From: Actinomycetota bacterium
GTDB lineage: Bacteria > Actinomycetota > Actinomycetes > S36-B12
Direction: 5' to 3'
Assembly (NCBI GenBank): GCA_030684515.1
Contig: JAUXVJ010000024.1
Coordinates: 39,663 to 103,662, forward strand
Length of the DNA: 64,000 nucleotides
Made by a program: the position numbers and the translations under genes
Shown: piece by piece, positions 58,811-64,000 of the stretch
Numbering within the stretch: position 1 is the stretch's first letter
Layout of the letters: each line of letters starts with the position of its first letter
Notes under the pieces: model-generated
Database searches by the model: none
Seen by the model: the letters and a program-made list of their open reading frames with translations, nothing else
What the model was told of the DNA's origin: nothing

Positions 58811-61800
58811 ATGTTCGAACCCCAGATTCGTCCTGATGCAACAGATGTCTTGACGCGCCTGCTTAAGGAACGCGTGCTGATTCTCGACGGCGCCATGGGC
58901 ACCATGATTCAGCGCTATACCTTCGACGAGGCTCACTATCGCGGCGAACGCTTTGCTGACTTTGCAGGAGATCTGCAGGGCAACAACGACCTATTGAGCC
59001 TTACACAGCCCGCCACCATCAGCGCCATTCATCGTGAGTACCTGGACGCTGGCGCGGATCTGATCGAGACCAATACCTTCAATGCCCAGCGGATCTCACT
59101 CGCGGATTACGCCTTGGAAGACCTCGCCTATGAGTTGAACTACGCGTCAGCTCGTCTGGCTCGAGCACAATGCGATGAAGTCACAGCACTTGATCCCTCA
59201 CGACCTCGCTTTGTAGCGGGAGCGGTCGGACCCACAACGCGTACTGCGTCCATCTCCCCCGATGTCAATGATCCCGGCGCGCGCAACGTCAGCTACGAGC
59301 AGCTCGCAACGGCATATCTCGAACAGGTAAATGGGCTCGTCGATGGCGGTGCAGATCTGCTGCTCGTGGAGACCATCTTCGACACCCTCAATGCCAAGGC
59401 CGCGATCTTCGCTATTGAAACTCTGTTCGAGGAACGAGGGCGACGCTGGCCGGTCATGATCTCCGGCACGATCACTGATGCTTCCGGACGCACGCTCTCT
59501 GGTCAGGTCACCGAGGCATTCTGGAACTCCATGCGTCACGCCAAACCGCTGCTCATGGGGTTGAACTGCGCTCTTGGTGCTGACGAGATGCGCCCATATC
59601 TGGCGGAGATGTCCCGCATCGCTGACTGCTTCGTGTCCTGTTACCCCAACGCCGGCTTGCCCAATGCCTTTGGCGAGTACGACGAGGCCCCTGAGCAGAC
59701 CGCAGCGATCGTGCGCGAGTTCGCTGAAAGTGGATTGCTCAACCTGCTCGGTGGTTGCTGCGGTACGACACCGGATCACATTGCGCGGATGGCGGAGTCC
59801 GTGGCAGGCATCACGCCGCGCATTCCTCCAGTGATCGAACCCGCCTGCCGGCTGTCTGGTCTTGAGCCGCTGACGATTGTTCCTGAGTCACTGTTTGTGA
59901 ATATTGGTGAGCGCACCAACATCACGGGCTCCGCACGATTCCGCAATCTCATACGCGATGGCGATTACGGCACTGCGCTTTCAGTCGCGCGCCAGCAGGT
60001 CGAGAGCGGTGCTCAGATCATCGACATCAACATGGATGAAGGCATGATCGATGGCGTCGCAGCCATGGATCGCTTCGTCAAGCTCGTTGCTTCTGAGCCT
60101 GACATCAGCCGCGTACCGCTCATGATCGACTCGTCCAAATTCGAGGTGATCGAAGCTGGGCTGCGTTGTGTTCAAGGCAAGCCGATCGTCAACTCGATCT
60201 CCATGAAGGAGGGCGAGGAGAAGTTCCGCCGCGAAGCGATCTTGTGTCGCAAATACGGTGCGGCGGTTGTCGTGATGGCCTTTGACGAACAAGGGCAGGC
60301 CGACAACCTCGAGCGTCGCAAGGCGATCTGTCAACGGGCCTACGACATCCTCGTCAACGAGGTTGGCTTCCCCGCTGAAGACATCATCTTCGATCCGAAT
60401 GTCTTCGCCGTTGCAACTGGCATCGAGGAGCATGCCAATTACGGAGTCGACTTCATCGAGGCAACTCGGTGGATCAAGCAGAACCTGCCCGGCGCCTTGG
60501 TATCTGGCGGCGTTTCGAATGTCTCGTTCTCATTCCGCGGCAACAACGCCGTGCGCGAGGCGATCCACAGTGTGTTCCTGTTTCATGCGATTGCTGCTGG
60601 CATGGACATGGGCATCGTCAATGCAGGTGCACTGGTTGTATACGACGAGATCGACGCCACTCTTCGCGAGCGCATTGAAGACGTCATCCTGAATCGTCGT
60701 GCCGATGCAACTGAGCGACTGCTTGAGATCGCGGCCGACTTCGCTGGAGATGGCATGAAGGTGGAAGGCGCCAACGAAGAATGGCGTGAACTTCCTGTCG
60801 ATGAGCGCATCACCCACGCCCTGGTCAAGGGCATCGACGATTACGCCGAGACTGACACCGAGGAACTTCGCCTGCTCATCCAAGAGCGTGGCGGCAGGCC
60901 CATCGAGGTCATCGAGGGTCCATTGATGGCAGGCATGAATGTGGTCGGCGATCTCTTCGGCGCGGGCAAGATGTTCTTGCCGCAGGTCGTGAAGTCAGCA
61001 CGCGTGATGAAGAAGGCCGTCGCCTACCTCATCCCCTTCATCGAGGCGGAGAAGCATCCAGATGACGCCGGCCGTAGCAACGGGCTGGTCATCATGGCCA
61101 CGGTCAAGGGCGACGTGCCCGACATCGGAAAGAACAGCGTCGGTGTGGTGCTTCAGTGCAATAACTATGAGGTGATCGACCTGGGTGTCATGGTGCCGGC
61201 GCAGAAGATTCTGGACGCCGCCAAAGAGCACAAGGCGGACATCATTGGCCTGTCTGGTCTCATCACGCCTTCACTGGACGAGATGGTGAATTTCGCCACG
61301 GAGATGGAACGACAGGGCTTGGATATTCCATTGCTCATTGGTGGTGCCACCACTTCGCGCGCCCACACCGCTGTGAAGGTCGATCAGAAGTATCACGGTC
61401 CGGTCGTCTGGGTGAAGGACGCATCACGTTCTGTGCCCGTTGTCGCCGCGCTGCTGTCGGATGACCAACGCCCGGCATTGCTCGCTGATCTGCAGGTGGA
61501 CTATGACTCGCTGCGTGAACGCTATGCAGCACGCGCCAATGCGAAGGTCATCCTGCCCATTGACAAGGCACGCGCCAACAAGACAGCGATTGAATGGTCT
61601 GGCTACCAACCGCCAAAGCCAGTCACACCAGGCGTGCAGGTGTTCGACGACTACTCCATTGCCGAGCTGCGTGAATACATCGATTGGCAGCCCTTCTTCA
61701 ATGCCTGGGAGATGAAGGGCAAGTTCCCCGACATCCTCAATAACCCAGCTTCCGGCGAAGCAGCACGAAAGCTCTACGACGATGCGCAGGTGATGCTCGA

Positions 61801-62542
61801 CCAGATCATCAACGAGAAGTGGCTGAAAGCCTCTGGCGTCATCGGCCTGTTTCCGGCCAACACGATCAACGATGACGACATTGAGGTGTATGCGGACGAG
61901 TCACGCACCGAGGTGCTCCAGACTCTGCGCGAAGTACGCCAGCAGAGCGAGCATCGCGAGGGAATCCCGCATCGCAGCCTCTCGGACTTTGTCGCGCCCA
62001 AGCATTCCGGGCTTGCGGACTACGTCGGTGCCTTTGCCGTCACCGCGGGGCTCGGCAGTGCTGCCAAGGTCATCGAATTCAAGGAAGCGCTCGACGACTA
62101 CAGCGCGATTCTGTTGGAGTCATTGGCTGATCGCCTTGCAGAGGCTTTTGCTGAGCGGATGCACGAGCGTGTGCGCAAGGAGTTCTGGGGCTACCAGCCT
62201 GACGAGCAACTCGACAGCGAGGAACTCATCAAGGAGAAGTACGTCGGCATTCGGCCTGCACCGGGTTACCCGGCCAACCCCGAGCACACCGAGAAGCAGA
62301 CGATCTGGCAGTTGCTTGATGTCCAGGCCAACACTGGAATCGAACTGACCGAGAGCATGGCCATGTGGCCAGGCGCGGCTGTCAGCGGTCTGTACTTCTC
62401 ACATCCTCAGTCGCAGTACTTCGTGGTTGGACAGATCGGTCGCGATCAGGTCACCGACTATGCCGCGCGCAAGGGGTGGACCGTCGCGGAGGCTGAGCGC
62501 TGGCTGTCGCCGAACCTCGGATACCGAACCGACGACGAGTAG
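58811..62542 (+). CDS. metH: Cobalamin-dependent methionine synthase (B12 motif reads GDVPDIG instead of GDVHDIG)
   Basis: 1243 aa with all five modules: Hcy ([15 protein letters not shown] Zn ligands), pterin, cap, B12 and AdoMet (RPAPGYPA). Codon 770 is CCC (Pro) where the His ligand is expected. Confidence 0.92.
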   Translation: MFEPQIRPDATDVLTRLLKERVLILDGAMGTMIQRYTFDEAHYRGERFADFAGDLQGNNDLLSLTQPATISAIHREYLDAGADLIETNTFNAQRISLADYALEDLAYELNYASARLARAQCDEVTALDPSRPRFVAGAVGPTTRTASISPDVNDPGARNVSYEQLATAYLEQVNGLVDGGADLLLVETIFDTLNAKAAIFAIETLFEERGRRWPVMISGTITDASGRTLSGQVTEAFWNSMRHAKPLLMGLNCALGADEMRPYLAEMSRIADCFVSCYPNAGLPNAFGEYDEAPEQTAAIVREFAESGLLNLLGGCCGTTPDHIARMAESVAGITPRIPPVIEPACRLSGLEPLTIVPESLFVNIGERTNITGSARFRNLIRDGDYGTALSVARQQVESGAQIIDINMDEGMIDGVAAMDRFVKLVASEPDISRVPLMIDSSKFEVIEAGLRCVQGKPIVNSISMKEGEEKFRREAILCRKYGAAVVVMAFDEQGQADNLERRKAICQRAYDILVNEVGFPAEDIIFDPNVFAVATGIEEHANYGVDFIEATRWIKQNLPGALVSGGVSNVSFSFRGNNAVREAIHSVFLFHAIAAGMDMGIVNAGALVVYDEIDATLRERIEDVILNRRADATERLLEIAADFAGDGMKVEGANEEWRELPVDERITHALVKGIDDYAETDTEELRLLIQERGGRPIEVIEGPLMAGMNVVGDLFGAGKMFLPQVVKSARVMKKAVAYLIPFIEAEKHPDDAGRSNGLVIMATVKGDVPDIGKNSVGVVLQCNNYEVIDLGVMVPAQKILDAAKEHKADIIGLSGLITPSLDEMVNFATEMERQGLDIPLLIGGATTSRAHTAVKVDQKYHGPVVWVKDASRSVPVVAALLSDDQRPALLADLQVDYDSLRERYAARANAKVILPIDKARANKTAIEWSGYQPPKPVTPGVQVFDDYSIAELREYIDWQPFFNAWEMKGKFPDILNNPASGEAARKLYDDAQVMLDQIINEKWLKASGVIGLFPANTINDDDIEVYADESRTEVLQTLREVRQQSEHREGIPHRSLSDFVAPKHSGLADYVGAFAVTAGLGSAAKVIEFKEALDDYSAILLESLADRLAEAFAERMHERVRKEFWGYQPDEQLDSEELIKEKYVGIRPAPGYPANPEHTEKQTIWQLLDVQANTGIELTESMAMWPGAAVSGLYFSHPQSQYFVVGQIGRDQVTDYAARKGWTVAEAERWLSPNLGYRTDDE

Positions 62543-62640
62543 TGCCTGCGGCATCACGCGAGATTCAGCTGCCAGGCTTGGGCATTCCCTGTGAACATCA
62601 GGAATGTTGTAGTCCGCATGCTGGGAATCTGCTCGTGGCT

Positions 62641-63645
62641 CTAGTTCAGGTTTCTTGCCAGAATCGGAATTTCGGCCAAGGACCGCAGCATGTCATTCAG
62701 ATGGGTGCAGCCCAGAACGCCAGGCAGAGTCCTGATAACAGTGGACCTGAAGTCAGAAACTTCTGTGCCTACCATCCTTGAAATATTGAGCACAGCGGCC
62801 GGGCAGGTGTCGAACGGCAGCACTCGTGGTTCTGCACTGACTGAGGTCAGCACCCCGTCCATATCAACGGAGGCGCGCAAGGTGTATTCATGAACGGCGA
62901 ATCGAACACCGTCGGGATTGATGCCACTGTCCTGGAAGAAGGTATCGACTTGGATCTGTCCATCTTCCAACCACACGTCTATTCGCCGGGCTCTGCGCAT
63001 CGAAGGACCACGATCATCGGCGGCATGCTCATGCCAGCCCAGTGGATCCGATGTGTCGCGAAGTGGTGGGACCGGCCGGGTCTGCTGGGTGGCCATGATT
63101 CCTTCATCGGGTGAGTGATGACTGGATCCAGCTGCGTGGCCGATGCAGATGTCTTCCATCATGTTCAAGGTGCCCTTGAAGACCGGGCGATCTTCGGGCG
63201 CAATCCATTCATATCTGATCTGGCCCGAGATCAGTGCGGCGGATGGAACGTCATCCATCAACAGATACAGGGCCGTGCCCTGCTCCTTGTCGTCCGGAAT
63301 CAACTGACCCATTTTCGTTCGAGATCCGGCTGCTCCGCGCGCTCCGATGAGTTCCTGCAGAGCTGGGCGATCCGGAATCGATGCCAGCGCCACATAGAAG
63401 CGTTCGGGCGAGATGTAGGCGGTCACGGTCGCAAGGTCAATGACCCAGGTCTCGCCCACTGAGGTGGTCATCAAATCGCGACAGGTGCCTTCGCAGTGCA
63501 CGTCGTGATCCAGACCCTTTGGCCAATTCATGTCGACTGTGCTTGTGCGTCGCACAGATCCAAGGCGACGAGGCGGAGTCGGCTGAGATGGGCCAAGGAC
63601 ATCGGCAGTGAGGACACGAGATCCGAAGGGCCACTCAAAAGGCAT
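62641..63645 (-). CDS. DUF2889-domain protein
   Basis: 334 aa. C-terminal GVLGCTHLNDMLRSLAE motif typical of DUF2889. Confidence 0.6.
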   Translation of the reverse strand: MPFEWPFGSRVLTADVLGPSQPTPPRRLGSVRRTSTVDMNWPKGLDHDVHCEGTCRDLMTTSVGETWVIDLATVTAYISPERFYVALASIPDRPALQELIGARGAAGSRTKMGQLIPDDKEQGTALYLLMDDVPSAALISGQIRYEWIAPEDRPVFKGTLNMMEDICIGHAAGSSHHSPDEGIMATQQTRPVPPLRDTSDPLGWHEHAADDRGPSMRRARRIDVWLEDGQIQVDTFFQDSGINPDGVRFAVHEYTLRASVDMDGVLTSVSAEPRVLPFDTCPAAVLNISRMVGTEVSDFRSTVIRTLPGVLGCTHLNDMLRSLAEIPILARNLN

Positions 63646-63726
63646 ATAGGAGGATAGGCATGTTCGATTTCTGGCCGTGTAGTTTTCAATGTATTCACCG
63701 GGTGAACAACAGGTAGCGTGACCGGC

Positions 63727-64000
63727 ATGAGCTATGGACCTTCAGCGCCGCACATGGTTCAGCCTCGTATCGACTTGCGTTCTGACACCGTCACGCATCC
63801 GACTCAAGCCATGCTCGATGCAATGGCAACCGCCCCCCTGGGTGACGATGTGTACGGCGAGGATCCCACTGTCAATGCACTCGAGGCACGCGCCAGTGAG
63901 CTGACAGGCAAGCAGGCAGCACTCTTTGTTGCGTCAGGGACTATGGGCAATCTCGTGAGCGTGATGGCGCATGTGCCACGCGGTGGAGAAATGATCGCGC
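63727..64000 (+). CDS. ltaE: Low-specificity L-threonine aldolase, 5' part (3' end outside window)
   Basis: [61 protein letters not shown]. Frame is open to the window end. Confidence 0.8.
   Translation, partial: MSYGPSAPHMVQPRIDLRSDTVTHPTQAMLDAMATAPLGDDVYGEDPTVNALEARASELTGKQAALFVASGTMGNLVSVMAHVPRGGEMIA

Overview
High-GC (about 60-65 %) actinobacterial chromosome segment. This is inferred from the mycothiol genes (mshC, DinB/MDMPI-type proteins), an F420-type LLM oxidoreductase, rbpA, and a complete Pup-proteasome locus. Gene order parallels Mycobacterium Rv1828-Rv1832 and Rv2050-Rv2141. Core content, left to right:
- MerR / BFN-nuclease / MerR, then a tandem glycine riboswitch and gcvP
- lipoprotein, DinB and VOC genes
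- a TetR-MFS-TetR operon plus a second MFS gene
- an RHH + DUF4097 operon, arfB, and DUF1697 / VOC / NUDIX genes
- rbpA, fxsA, ppm1, lnt
- an M24 peptidase, a 5'-3' exonuclease, helY, tatC/tatA
- pafC/pafB, two FKBP genes, pafA, prcA, prcB, pup, dop, arc
- trmI, a RecB-like nuclease, a HAD hydrolase, a PAC2 protein
- pgi, gnd, mshC and the conserved SCO1664 / DUF3090 / phosphomutase trio
- corA, uppP, LLM, AKR, DUF5703, an M20 peptidase, tRNA-Leu(GAG)
- an HNH-like protein, an MDR dehydrogenase, a probable SAH riboswitch and metH
- a DUF2889 protein and a partial ltaE

The one clearly accessory segment is a ~5.1 kb AT-richer insertion (12.1-17.2 kb). It is bracketed by an 18/22-bp direct repeat and has no recombinase. 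It carries:
- an XRE regulator with a palindromic operator
- five small orphan membrane, secreted or unknown proteins
- an orphan TIR-like (CAP12/Pycsar-effector-type) protein flanked by two tiny ORFs
- about 0.9 kb of ORF-poor, hairpin-dense DNA, including an intrinsic terminator whose loop is perfectly complementary (15 nt) to a site 190 nt upstream

I consider this island the best candidate for an undescribed abortive-infection/defence module with an RNA component. A second notable point is that MetH carries Pro instead of the invariant cobalamin-ligating His (GDVPDIGKN). No CRISPR array, rRNA, transposase or integrase was seen. Hand-derived coordinates (RNA elements, repeats, refined starts) may be off by 1-2 nt.
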